Under the pieces are notes generated by a model. That model worked only from the letters and a program-made list of their open reading frames with translations, had not been told where the DNA came from and ran no database searches. The position numbers were made by a program, and so were the translations under genes. Below are positions 38,074 to 47,802 of a stretch of DNA of 64,000 nt, piece after piece. Source of the DNA: an uncultured Lachnospiraceae bacterium (GTDB lineage Bacteria > Bacillota > Clostridia > Lachnospirales > Lachnospiraceae); NCBI GenBank assembly GCA_949840465.1, contig CATKXE010000006.1:964-64963 (forward strand), written 5' to 3'. The number at the start of each line of letters is the position of its first letter. Position 1 is the first letter of the stretch.

Positions 38074-39015
38074 TTATAATCCCTGGCCGTCATTCATCTT
38101 CGCCACGATCTTGTTCACGGCAACCAGAAGAATGACATTGATTACGGTATTAAATAAACCTACTGCAGTTGAAAAGCTGTAATCCCCGTCAATAAGACCT
38201 TTCCTGTAGACATAAGTAGAAATGATCTCGGACGCCGGAAGGTTCAGATCCGTCTGCAGCGCATATGCCTTTTCAAATCCGATGCTCATGATGTTTCCCG
38301 CCTGCAGGATGAACTGGATCACAACCATATCCTTGATCGCCGGCCACTCTACCACCTTGATCTGCTGCAGGATATTTGCCCCGTCCATGACAGCCGCTTC
38401 TTTCAGCTCCTGGCTTGCGTTGGACAAAGACGCCGTATACATGATGGACGCCCAGCCCGCGCCCTGCCAGATGCCGCTGATAATATAGATGGAGCGGAAC
38501 GCCTCCGGCATGGTCATAAAATTGATATCTGTCCCTAACAAAAGGTTCACAGGCCCTGTCACGGAAAGGAAAATCCTGACAATACCGCAGAGCACAATGA
38601 CGGATACAAAATTGGGCAGATATAATACAAGCTGTACTTTTTTCTTAATCCCCGTACTCTGAATCCGGTTCAGCAAAAGCGCCAGTATGATCGGAACCGG
38701 AAATCCCCACAGCAGGCTGTAAACGCTCAGCTTCAAGGTGTTGGCCAGATACCCCATAAAATCCGGCGAGGACAGGAATCTGGTAAAATGCTTAAACCCT
38801 ACCCATTCGCTCCCGGATACTCCCCTGAATGGATTGTAGTCCTGAAACGCGATCAGAATGCCGCTCATGGGCGCGTACTTGAAAATCAGCGTCAGCGCCA
38901 GTGCCGGAAACAGGAAGATCACATAGAGCTGCCAGTGCTGCTTCACATAAACCATTGTGTTGTGAAACCCTTTGTCCTGTCTTTGATTTGGAACAGTTGT
39001 TGAATTTGTTTTCAT
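38074..39015 (-). CDS. carbohydrate ABC permease (LplB-like)
   Basis: EAAVMDGANILQQ, multiple TM helices. Confidence 0.92.
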   Translation of the reverse strand: MKTNSTTVPNQRQDKGFHNTMVYVKQHWQLYVIFLFPALALTLIFKYAPMSGILIAFQDYNPFRGVSGSEWVGFKHFTRFLSSPDFMGYLANTLKLSVYSLLWGFPVPIILALLLNRIQSTGIKKKVQLVLYLPNFVSVIVLCGIVRIFLSVTGPVNLLLGTDINFMTMPEAFRSIYIISGIWQGAGWASIMYTASLSNASQELKEAAVMDGANILQQIKVVEWPAIKDMVVIQFILQAGNIMSIGFEKAYALQTDLNLPASEIISTYVYRKGLIDGDYSFSTAVGLFNTVINVILLVAVNKIVAKMNDGQGL

Positions 39016-39162
39016 AATTTCATAACTTCCTCCTTTCTTAATATAAGATCTCTCCGCTTTTTTCACCTGCCCATATTATTTTGTTTTTCTTCCCCTTTTT
39101 CTCTTCTCCTTCCTTTTCCAATTTGTGCATATGTAAAATGTTTTGAGATTCTCTATACAAAT

Positions 39163-39191
39163 GTTATAACAGCTTTTTCTCATTTAGTCAA
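39163..39191 (-). promoter_or_regulatory. sigma-A promoter of the fructan ABC operon
   Basis: TTGACT-N17-TATAAC with an extended TG. The palindrome TGTTATAACA (39162-39171) overlaps the -10 box. Confidence 0.7.
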
Positions 39192-39326
39192 TAGTTTTTT
39201 CACATTTGCATCACATTATTTATTACTTTTTTTACAAATACACTTTTTTGAATTCTTTCTTATGGAGATTTTTACATAATCAAATTTAATTTTATAGAAA
39301 ATTTTCGTTTTTTTGCACTTTTACAT

Positions 39327-39355
39327 TTGACACATTTTGATTTATGCTTTATACT
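39327..39355 (+). promoter_or_regulatory. sigma-A promoter of the lacI-family gene
   Basis: TTGACA-N17-TATACT. Confidence 0.75.
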
Positions 39356-39466
39356 ATTGTTAAAACGATTCAGCACAACCAGACAGGTCGGGAATCTACT
39401 GTTTTGAATCATAAAATATCTTTACTTTATTAAGATTCATTTTTACCATAATATAAGGAGGTTTCT

Positions 39467-40534
39467 ATGTCTAACAAAGTTACGATACAGGATATTGCCG
39501 ATGCTTTGGGCATCTCCAGGAATACCGTGTCCAAAGCAATCAATAATACCGGCATACTGGCCGATTCCACCAGGGATAAGGTTTTGCAGAAAGCAATGGA
39601 AATGGGTTACAAACAATTTTCCTATGTCACAATCACCAACAGCAAAGGGGATATGATTTTACAGGATTCGAAAAAGAACCAGGAGATCGCGCTCTTTACC
39701 GCGAAGTTCCTCGGGGACTCTCATTTTTCCTCCACCATGCTGGACAAATTCCAGCGGGAGACAGCCCAGCTTGGCTACGGGCTCTCCATGCACAGACTTC
39801 TTCCAGAGGAAATCGAAGCTCTGTCTATACCGAAATCTTTTAGCAGCAAAAAGACGGCGGGCATCATTTGTTATGAAATGTTCGACTACGAATACAGCCA
39901 AATGCTGTGCGGGCTGGATATCCCGGTTCTTTTTGTAGATTCTCCGGTCATTGCACAAAAGCAACCCCTGAAAGCTGACAGGCTGTATATGGATAATGAG
40001 ACCGGGATCTATACATTTGTAAACGAAATGCTTAAACGCGGGAAAACTCAAATCGGATTTATCGGAGAATATATGCACTGTCAGTCATTTTTTGAACGCT
40101 ACATGGCTTACCGGAACGCCTTGCATCTGCACTCCCTGCCATGCCCGGACGAATATTGCCTGTTGGGAAATAATGAAAATGTAAAAAATCCTGATTCTCC
40201 AGATTATCAGAAATATCTGACAGGCTGTTTTCAAAAGATGCAGCATTTGCCCGATGTTTTTATCTGCGCAAATGATTTCGTAGCCATAGACGCCATGCAT
40301 TCGCTTCGAAAGCTCGGATACGATGTTCCGGGAGATGTATATTTGTGCGGCTTTGATGATTCCCCCGAATCCAGGATCGTCACGCCGTCCCTGACTACAA
40401 TCCATATTCACAGTCAAATCATGGGGTTTTCCGCAGTGCATCTTTTGATTTCCCGCATCAGGGAACCCTCGTTGAACTACCGCACAATCCATACGGAAAC
40501 AGATCTTGTCTTTCGGGAATCGACAGGAGATTAA
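39467..40534 (+). CDS. LacI family transcriptional regulator
   Basis: HTH VTIQDIADALGISRNTVSKAIN, FICAND, GFDD, PSLTTI. Confidence 0.95.
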   Translation: MSNKVTIQDIADALGISRNTVSKAINNTGILADSTRDKVLQKAMEMGYKQFSYVTITNSKGDMILQDSKKNQEIALFTAKFLGDSHFSSTMLDKFQRETAQLGYGLSMHRLLPEEIEALSIPKSFSSKKTAGIICYEMFDYEYSQMLCGLDIPVLFVDSPVIAQKQPLKADRLYMDNETGIYTFVNEMLKRGKTQIGFIGEYMHCQSFFERYMAYRNALHLHSLPCPDEYCLLGNNENVKNPDSPDYQKYLTGCFQKMQHLPDVFICANDFVAIDAMHSLRKLGYDVPGDVYLCGFDDSPESRIVTPSLTTIHIHSQIMGFSAVHLLISRIREPSLNYRTIHTETDLVFRESTGD

Positions 40535-40575
40535 AACGGTTACTATAAACTATTTACAGTCAAAACAAAAGGAGA

Positions 40576-41211
40576 ATGATCATGAGTGGTTTACTCAATC
40601 TGGACGGACCTGTTATGCAGTTTATTACAAAAATGGTTTACAGCGTATATCTGAATATTTTATGGCTAATCTGCTGTATCCCAATCTTTACCATCGGGGC
40701 GTCAACAACAGCGCTTTATTATGTCTCATTAAAGATTGCCAGAAACGAAGAAGGAAATCTTACAAAGGCATTCTTCCATTCTTTTAAGGAGAATTGGAAA
40801 CAGGGGACACAGATCTGGCTGATCCTCTTCGGCCTTGGCCTGATTCTCGGCATTGATGGATACGTGCTGTACCATATGCGTTTTGAAAATGCATTCTGGA
40901 CCCTGCTTACCGCTGTTTTCATTGTTGCTGCCGCTGCCTATGTCATTGTTCTTCTGTACATTTTTCCTCTTCTGGCACGTTTTGGCAACACCACAAAAGC
41001 CATGTTTCAAAATTCCCTGATGATCGGGATGCGTTTTCTGCTCTGCACGGCGCTGATGGCTGCCATCCATTTTGCCATGCTGTACGTAATCATCAATGTA
41101 TGCACTCCTCTGGCCATCTTCGGCGAAGGCACGTGCGCGCTGCTCTGCTCCTGGCTGCTCTCCAGTATCCTGGCTCAGTGCGAAGAAAAAACGGAGGGAA
41201 GGGATATTTAA
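40576..41211 (+). CDS. YesL/DUF624 family membrane protein
   Basis: LNILWLICCIPIFTIGASTTALYY, FFHSFKENWKQG. Confidence 0.88.
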   Translation: MIMSGLLNLDGPVMQFITKMVYSVYLNILWLICCIPIFTIGASTTALYYVSLKIARNEEGNLTKAFFHSFKENWKQGTQIWLILFGLGLILGIDGYVLYHMRFENAFWTLLTAVFIVAAAAYVIVLLYIFPLLARFGNTTKAMFQNSLMIGMRFLLCTALMAAIHFAMLYVIINVCTPLAIFGEGTCALLCSWLLSSILAQCEEKTEGRDI

Positions 41212-41214
41212 CTC

Positions 41215-41949
41215 ATGCGGACAAAGGATACGTTTACTTCGGAAAAGAAAAAAATCAGCCAGCTCAGGGGCCGGAAGAAACTGCAGTATCTATGGGACTA
41301 TTACAAGCTGCCTTTTGTAATCGCATGTATCTTTCTGTACATTTTGGGCTATGTGCTTTACGGGCATTTCACACAGAAAAAGAATATCCTCTATGCCGCT
41401 TTTATCAATGTAGCTCCCAGCGGCGCCCTGACTGAAACGCTAAGCGACGGCTTTCTGATTTCCCGGGATATAGATTTAAAGAAAAATGCCTTTTATCTCT
41501 ATACCGGCCTTTATCTTACCAGTGACGAGTCAAACCCTTACCATGAATACACCTATGCCTCCCGCATCAAGCTGGTTGCAGCCATCGACGCGGAAACGGC
41601 GGATATCGTCCTGATGGATCAGGAGGCATTTGACGCTCTTTCCCAGAACGGGTATCTATGTAATATGGAAGAATTTTTATCGGAGGCTGACCCGGAACTC
41701 TATCGAGATTGCCAGAATTTGCTACGGGCAAATAGTGTAATCCTGGAAGAGAACGCTGAAGAATCTGCTTTAGATGGTTCAGTCTCCTGCACAGCGGAAA
41801 CAGAAAGATACCCCATGGCGCTGGATATCTCACAAACTCCTTTACTGGAAGACTCCGGTTTCACAGAACCAGTATTTCTTGGCGTCATAAAAAATACCCC
41901 GCGGAAAAAAGACGCCGCGGAATATGTCCGATATGTCTGCCTGTATTAA
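41215..41949 (+). CDS. hypothetical membrane-anchored protein following YesL
   Basis: KLQYLWDYYKLP, one TM helix, binding-protein-like C-terminal part. Confidence 0.65.
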   Translation: MRTKDTFTSEKKKISQLRGRKKLQYLWDYYKLPFVIACIFLYILGYVLYGHFTQKKNILYAAFINVAPSGALTETLSDGFLISRDIDLKKNAFYLYTGLYLTSDESNPYHEYTYASRIKLVAAIDAETADIVLMDQEAFDALSQNGYLCNMEEFLSEADPELYRDCQNLLRANSVILEENAEESALDGSVSCTAETERYPMALDISQTPLLEDSGFTEPVFLGVIKNTPRKKDAAEYVRYVCLY

Positions 41950-42860
41950 GGAAAACATAAAAATAACCTGTGCATCACGAGACGGCACAATGCGCTGGCC
42001 GTCTCTTTTTTACGTCCGTATTTTTTTGAAAGAATGTACCTCCTCCTCTCCTTCCAGAGAGCAATGCGCCTCCGGGATTTCCTGTCACAAATCCCTGTGA
42101 TTTCCGCAATCTCATCCACCAGCCTTTCATAATCCCGGTACTTCTTTTCCTCTTCTTCCTGCGTCAGTTCTTTTCTGGAATGGCTCCCCTCCCTGACGCA
42201 AACGCCATACAGCGGTTCCGGGATTGTGGGGCACTTATAGCGGTACATGTAGGGCAGCAGCATCTGGAAATTCTGCCCTACAGGGTATTCCGGGATCTTC
42301 CTGTCGGGATATATTTCAAAAAAACTCTCTGACTTTATCATGTAACATCCGCAGCAGACAAAGGTCTTTACTTCCAAAATATCCCAGAACAGCTCTTCCT
42401 TTGACAGATCCCCTCTCTGCTCTTCTGCCTTTCTTGTTTCCCCTGTTTTGGAATCAAAATAATAGGATACTGAACGGACGCACTGATACTGCGGATACTG
42501 TTTTAAAAACTCCACCCTTTTCTCCACAGATTCCGGCTCCAATACATCATCGCTGTCCGGCCAGATCAGGTATTCCCCGGACACAAAGGGAAGCCCCCGA
42601 TTGATGGCCGAAGACGCGTTCTGATGCGCTGCCTGTACAATCCGGTATCCATATCCCTTTGCCGCAAACCTTTCCCGGTACTGTTTGGCAGCCTGGATGG
42701 TCCGGTCTGTGGAGCCGTCGTCCACCAGGATCATCTCCATCTTCGGATAGGTCTGGTTCAATATGGAATCCAGCATCCTGGGCAGGTGCTCCTCCCCGTT
42801 GTATACCGGGGTGACTACCGTAACCAGCCCGGTTATCCATTCCTGTCTTTTTTTACACAT
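41946..42860 (-). CDS. GT2 glycosyltransferase
   Basis: VVTPVYN, LVDDGSTD, WPDSDD. Confidence 0.92.
   Translation of the reverse strand: MCKKRQEWITGLVTVVTPVYNGEEHLPRMLDSILNQTYPKMEMILVDDGSTDRTIQAAKQYRERFAAKGYGYRIVQAAHQNASSAINRGLPFVSGEYLIWPDSDDVLEPESVEKRVEFLKQYPQYQCVRSVSYYFDSKTGETRKAEEQRGDLSKEELFWDILEVKTFVCCGCYMIKSESFFEIYPDRKIPEYPVGQNFQMLLPYMYRYKCPTIPEPLYGVCVREGSHSRKELTQEEEEKKYRDYERLVDEIAEITGICDRKSRRRIALWKERRRYILSKKYGRKKETASALCRLVMHRLFLCFP
41979..42011 (+). terminator. intrinsic terminator of the lacI-yesL operon, embedded in the convergent GT2 gene
   Basis: gagacggc-N11-gccgtctc-tttttt. Confidence 0.6.
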
Positions 42861-42952
42861 AGCGGATGCCCACCTCCCATCATAGCGCTGACCGTCTGTT
42901 CATGTCCGGATGGTTTACAGATCAAACCGGTTTTGTAGTAAAAATCCATGAA

Positions 42953-44074
42953 TCATGCCCTTCCGGAACGGAATATCCCACCAGTCCCTGCCGCAGCATC
43001 CACCAGCCTGATAAACAGAGGAAACGGCAGCATTGCATACAATGCCATGAACAGCCCGCGCACTTTTGGCCGGCCGGAAGGCTTAAGAAGGCGCGGCTGC
43101 AGGATCTCCTCCTTCTTACATTCAAACCAGTCCATCCGGTCCCGAATCTGCTCCCAAACTTCCTTCGCCCTGGCAGTATGGATGAGAACTATCGAATTTC
43201 CCATGCCATCGTCCATATCCGGCCTGACATGCCCTATCCCCCAGAAATCTCCTATGGTGAAATCGCTGTCCCTGTCCACTGTACAGAACTTGCATTCATA
43301 ACAGGACGGCCGCAGAATCAGATTGGCAAAATACATCCTGCAGAATCTATCCTGATAAACAGAACCCGCATATTCCCTGCCGCCGATAACAGAAACGCAC
43401 GTATGTCCTGAATCGCTCGCCCGCTTATCCCGGAACGAAAAATCCGTCATTTTCCCATGGTGCGTTCCCTCCAGATATTTTACATAATCTCTCCAGATTC
43501 CAGGCGAAGGAACCCCGTAGCAGACCAGATCCACAAGAAACAGCCCCTCATAATCCCCTCCAAGAAACAGCCTGATTGCCTGCGTCTGGCAGGGCGTACC
43601 GCAGAATAAGACCGGACGTTTTTCCTTCAAGTGCTGCTCCACACGAAGGAAAATCCCTTCCAGACTGCTCTGTACATATTTCGTCCTTTTCAGCTTTTCC
43701 AATTCCTCTGGATTTCCGGCTTGCCTGTGGACGACCCTCATATCGCTGTCATAGCCAGCCCCGTATACTACGCCGTTTCGCTCCAATACATATTCTGCCA
43801 GGATTGGGAATACGCCGCCGGAAGAGCTGCCGTATCTCACCTGTTCCTCCTTTGCTTTCGCGCCCAAATATCGGTTCACACAATTTTTCAAAGCGGAATT
43901 TTTTATCGGGCAGATCTTTTTGCATTTACCACAACAGATACAGACGGACGCATCCATATGAGGATAAGCAAAGCCTTCCCGATCCTGCCCCATATGGATG
44001 GCATGAACCGGGCAGACAGCCGCGCAGGCCCCACACCCGCAGCATTCCTCTTTTTTGAAAAAAAATCCATACAT
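42953..44074 (-). CDS. 4Fe-4S ferredoxin domain plus F420 hydrogenase beta-subunit (FrhB)-like protein
   Basis: CCGCGACAAVCP, CICCGKCKKICP, SSSGG, TKYVQS, GTPCQ, DLVCYGVPSP, LRPSCYEC, DFTIGDFWG. Confidence 0.88.
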   Translation of the reverse strand: MYGFFFKKEECCGCGACAAVCPVHAIHMGQDREGFAYPHMDASVCICCGKCKKICPIKNSALKNCVNRYLGAKAKEEQVRYGSSSGGVFPILAEYVLERNGVVYGAGYDSDMRVVHRQAGNPEELEKLKRTKYVQSSLEGIFLRVEQHLKEKRPVLFCGTPCQTQAIRLFLGGDYEGLFLVDLVCYGVPSPGIWRDYVKYLEGTHHGKMTDFSFRDKRASDSGHTCVSVIGGREYAGSVYQDRFCRMYFANLILRPSCYECKFCTVDRDSDFTIGDFWGIGHVRPDMDDGMGNSIVLIHTARAKEVWEQIRDRMDWFECKKEEILQPRLLKPSGRPKVRGLFMALYAMLPFPLFIRLVDAAAGTGGIFRSGRA

Positions 44075-44075
44075 C

Positions 44076-45215
44076 TTACCCACACTCTCCCGACAGAATT
44101 TGCTCAATAAACCGGATGGAACGTGCCTTCTCTTCTTCCAGAAGCGCTCTTACATGCCCCCAGTCAATCGCTTCCATCATCTTCCCCTTTTTTGGCGTCC
44201 TTCCTCTTTCTACCAGACGGTTCTCCAGCCCAAGCTTTTCCACAAGATTCTCCAGCCGTGCATTTTTATTGCTGTGGCTGAACACCAGAAAATTCTTTTC
44301 CATAATAACAGAAAATGCCGTGCCATGAAAAGAATTCGTAACAACACAGCCTGCATTCTTAAAAAAACCGATGTACTCGGAAGGACCTGCCTCTATTTCC
44401 AGATCCACCCGTCCCGTCCTTTGCCGGAGCCACGGCATAGAAAGCTGGACCACCCTCTTCTCCAACTCCGCAGAAAGCCCCTGTAAGTACTGAACCATCT
44501 GCTCATTGTATTCCGTATAAATAAACAGGATATAATCCTGCCGGTCAGGAAGCTTCATGACCTGTTCCCATCTTTTTCGTTCCAGCAAGAGTGCAGGATC
44601 CAAAACATCCGTCACATTTCCATGAAAGAACTTTTTCACAAAGGATACCGCGCCTTTCTCCCTCAGGGAGATTACTGAAAAATTATGGCTCACTGCTTCC
44701 GAAAATTCCTCCTCATATTCTGCTGGCAGCGAGTCCCCCCCAAAGCTGGCTCCGTATGCTGCCCATCTGCAATCCCCTTTTTCCTTTACATTTCCCATAT
44801 AGGCATCATCCAGCCCGACGGTAATCTCCGGGTTCCACACCTGGTCGCTTCCCACAAAGATACAGGAATATTTTTCAAAGTGCAGCCTGTCAGCCTTTCT
44901 GACAGCGCACTTTCCCGTAAGATACCGATTCCGGAACGCCTTCATATTCTTTCTTCTTCTCAAAAAACTACGAAAATGACATATCTGGTTAAAAAACGTG
45001 CCCCACTCAAAAATATATTTGATTTTATTTCCCTTTTCCCTGCCTGTAACCGGAAAGAACCAGTATCTTCCCTCTAACCGGACGGGTGCGTAAGGGAGGA
45101 TCTCCACCTTCGTCCTTCCCGCCTTTTCCAAACAGTTTTTCAGCGCATAAGCCTGAAGCATCGCCCCATAATCGTCCGCCCAATAAAATGTAAGTATTCC
45201 TGTCATAATCTGCAT
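44076..45215 (-). CDS. polysaccharide pyruvyl transferase family protein
   Basis: GILTFYWADDYGAMLQAYAL, VGSDQVWN, YGASFG, SLRE, DPALL, VTNSFHGTAFS. Confidence 0.9.
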   Translation of the reverse strand: MQIMTGILTFYWADDYGAMLQAYALKNCLEKAGRTKVEILPYAPVRLEGRYWFFPVTGREKGNKIKYIFEWGTFFNQICHFRSFLRRRKNMKAFRNRYLTGKCAVRKADRLHFEKYSCIFVGSDQVWNPEITVGLDDAYMGNVKEKGDCRWAAYGASFGGDSLPAEYEEEFSEAVSHNFSVISLREKGAVSFVKKFFHGNVTDVLDPALLLERKRWEQVMKLPDRQDYILFIYTEYNEQMVQYLQGLSAELEKRVVQLSMPWLRQRTGRVDLEIEAGPSEYIGFFKNAGCVVTNSFHGTAFSVIMEKNFLVFSHSNKNARLENLVEKLGLENRLVERGRTPKKGKMMEAIDWGHVRALLEEEKARSIRFIEQILSGECG

Positions 45216-45307
45216 CCACCCACTTTTACTCTATCCTGCCGAAACAGGCGCCCCCTGTCATGCATGATATCCTTTTTTATGCATACCCATTTTTCTGAAT
45301 TCAGCGC

Positions 45308-45952
45308 TTACTCTTCTACAGAATTCAGGAACGCCACATAGTCAAAATCATCCAGATACCGCCGTTTTAAAAACTGCTTTTTAAAATTCAGTATCATTCC
45401 AAGCTTTTCTTCTGTCTCGAATCCTTTTATGTAACAGGCGGATGATATTTCCGGGTACTCCACATGCGTAAATATCACTTTATTTTTATATGGCAGCTTA
45501 TCAAAACGCCGAAGGGTCTCATAAGTGCAGTCTCCTCTTTCTGTTCCCATAAAAAACAAGTTATCCCAATGAATCCTCTTTTTCCTCTCCTCCCATTTCC
45601 GGACGCCTTCCTGAAAACTCTCATAATGTACAAAATCGATTTTTATATCTCCCAGCATACCGGACGGACAGTCTTTTTCTTCCTTTAACTCCACAATCTC
45701 TTTCTCAAGATACCATTTCAGATTCTCCGCAAATTTAACGAAATCATTCATTCCTATGGTCAGGTTAATCGTCGGAGAAAGAAACCGCATACCCAGATCA
45801 TAATAAATAAATGTCCCGACACAGTTACAGGCTATTATGGAAAAATCCGGATTTTTTAGTCTTTTACGCTTCCTTTTCTTATACATAAGCCACTCACGAT
45901 ACACAAACAGTTCTATCAGATTCCTTACAAACCTCAAAATTTTCTTACTCAT
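45308..45952 (-). CDS. DUF1919 family protein
   Basis: FSIIACNCVG, SPTINL, IDFVHY, WEERKKRIHWDNLF. Confidence 0.8.
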   Translation of the reverse strand: MSKKILRFVRNLIELFVYREWLMYKKRKRKRLKNPDFSIIACNCVGTFIYYDLGMRFLSPTINLTIGMNDFVKFAENLKWYLEKEIVELKEEKDCPSGMLGDIKIDFVHYESFQEGVRKWEERKKRIHWDNLFFMGTERGDCTYETLRRFDKLPYKNKVIFTHVEYPEISSACYIKGFETEEKLGMILNFKKQFLKRRYLDDFDYVAFLNSVEE

Positions 45953-46027
45953 TCTGTTTTTCTGAATTCACCTCAATCCCACATCTAAAAACCGATGCTG
46001 CCCATCCCCCTTCCTGGCAGGGACAGG

Positions 46028-47722
46028 CTATTTTACCTGAACCAGTTTCCGATCCTGTATCCGATATATGATATCGCATTCATTCGCAAGGCTCATATGG
46101 TGTGTCACGATCAGCAAGGTCTTATTTTTCCTCACTTCCCGGATCGAGTCAATCACCGCTTTCTCCGTTTCCATATCCAGCGCGGCAGTCGCCTCATCCA
46201 TAATCAACAGTTCAAAATCCTTATACAGCGCCCTCGCCAGCGCAATCCGTTGGCGCTGTCCTCCTGAAATGGTTGTTCCCCTTTCACTGATCAACGTATG
46301 GATCCCTTCCGGCATCCCTGCAACCTCCTCCCACACATGGGCGCATTTCAAACATTCCTCCACTCTCGCGTCATCAATTTCAGACTCAGCCGCAAAAAGC
46401 GCCACATTATTCCGGACTGTTTCCCCGTTCATATACACAGTCTGAGGAATATAGCTGACAATCTCTCCTATGTTTGCCTTACAGCTTCCATTTCCATCCG
46501 TCCGGCTGACGATATCATACTCATCATACAAGATTTCTCCCTCCTGCGGTTTTAAAAGCCCTATAACCAACGATAGAAGGGTCGTTTTTCCTATACCGGA
46601 AACCCCGATGACCGCCACGGAACTTCCAGCCGGAATCTCCATGGAAGCATTTTGAAATATGTTTTCCTTCCTGGGATATCCGAATGTCAGATTCCTGACA
46701 AATATGCCTTTACCAAATGTAATGTTTTTCTGCCTGATTCCCTGGATTTTCTTTTCTTCCTCTTTTAATTCCGTATATCGGAGCATGCATTCTTCCAATG
46801 CTTCATAAGATTTTTTCGAATATCTTATATTGTTCATCCCACCTGTAATCGTATGAGCAGCCGACATGGCCCTGCTTAATACAGAGACATAGGCCGTGAT
46901 TGGTATCAGCGCCGCCATATCGGGTCCCACTAAAAAAATAGCGGCAAATATAACAAGCATGATTGCCTTCATCCACAGGTTCATAATCACTTTGATAAAA
47001 TCATTTTTAAAGCTATATTCTCCCTGCATCCGGGCATAATCCATACTTGCGTCATAATATTTCCGGAGAACAGGCTCAATATCCCCCGCAATCTTCATTT
47101 CCTCAAAAATACCGTATCCCAGGGTAATCTGCGAATTTGCTTTGATCTCATAACTCCTGCTCTTTTCTCCATAGACTTCCATCCGCACACAATACCATGC
47201 AAAAATCCCCGCGGTCAGGACGATGATGAGCATTCCGCCCAGCAGCCCGAACCAGGATGAAATCGCGATCAGGATTATGATATATCCCAGCACGATCAAT
47301 AGATGCGTCCCCACTTCCATATAACTTAAGAGCATACCGATACTCTTTGTTGTATCGCTGCGTACCATTGCCAGCGCCTGCATGACACTTTTCTGGTTAT
47401 GGTGTTCCAGATCCTCTTTTGCAAATAGTTCATAGACTTTCACAGACAATTTTTGCGCGCCATGATATAGAAAATGATTTGATATCCTGCATCGGTGCAA
47501 TTCTAATGCCATCTGAATCAGAAAGAGAAACAAAATCATCCAGACCTGAAGCTTCCCGACTGAGGGATGGTCTTCTAAAACCGCCGGAATCCAGAAAACG
47601 GTCACTACAAAACTAACGATTTCTGTCACAGCGCTCAGAATTCCCAAAACAGCTATACTCTTCCAGTTTTTCTGCTCTTCTTTCCCCAGAATCCCTGTCA
47701 AATATTTAAAAACCTCTATCAC
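46028..47722 (-). CDS. ABC half-transporter (TMD+NBD), PglK/HetA-like glycolipid flippase candidate
   Basis: About six TM helices, Walker A GVSGIGKTT, signature ISGGQRQR, DEATAALD. GTG start chosen from its GGAGG RBS. Confidence 0.85.
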   Translation of the reverse strand: MIEVFKYLTGILGKEEQKNWKSIAVLGILSAVTEIVSFVVTVFWIPAVLEDHPSVGKLQVWMILFLFLIQMALELHRCRISNHFLYHGAQKLSVKVYELFAKEDLEHHNQKSVMQALAMVRSDTTKSIGMLLSYMEVGTHLLIVLGYIIILIAISSWFGLLGGMLIIVLTAGIFAWYCVRMEVYGEKSRSYEIKANSQITLGYGIFEEMKIAGDIEPVLRKYYDASMDYARMQGEYSFKNDFIKVIMNLWMKAIMLVIFAAIFLVGPDMAALIPITAYVSVLSRAMSAAHTITGGMNNIRYSKKSYEALEECMLRYTELKEEEKKIQGIRQKNITFGKGIFVRNLTFGYPRKENIFQNASMEIPAGSSVAVIGVSGIGKTTLLSLVIGLLKPQEGEILYDEYDIVSRTDGNGSCKANIGEIVSYIPQTVYMNGETVRNNVALFAAESEIDDARVEECLKCAHVWEEVAGMPEGIHTLISERGTTISGGQRQRIALARALYKDFELLIMDEATAALDMETEKAVIDSIREVRKNKTLLIVTHHMSLANECDIIYRIQDRKLVQVK

Positions 47723-47802
47723 ATCGTTTTCCTCCCAAATGCTGAAAATGTCGTTACATTTTTTTGCAGTCAAATCCTCTCTAAAACGTTTTTTATTTTT
47801 CA

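Noticed and set aside
44051-44065. T6/A8 homopolymers as phase-variation switches (also A8 near 48535 and 59822)
   Set aside because: The tracts are short, the frames are intact, and such runs are expected in AT-rich coding DNA.
42953-44074. True F420-dependent hydrogenase subunit
   Set aside because: No other hydrogenase or F420 genes are present. FrhB-like proteins are common next to pyruvyltransferases in polysaccharide loci.
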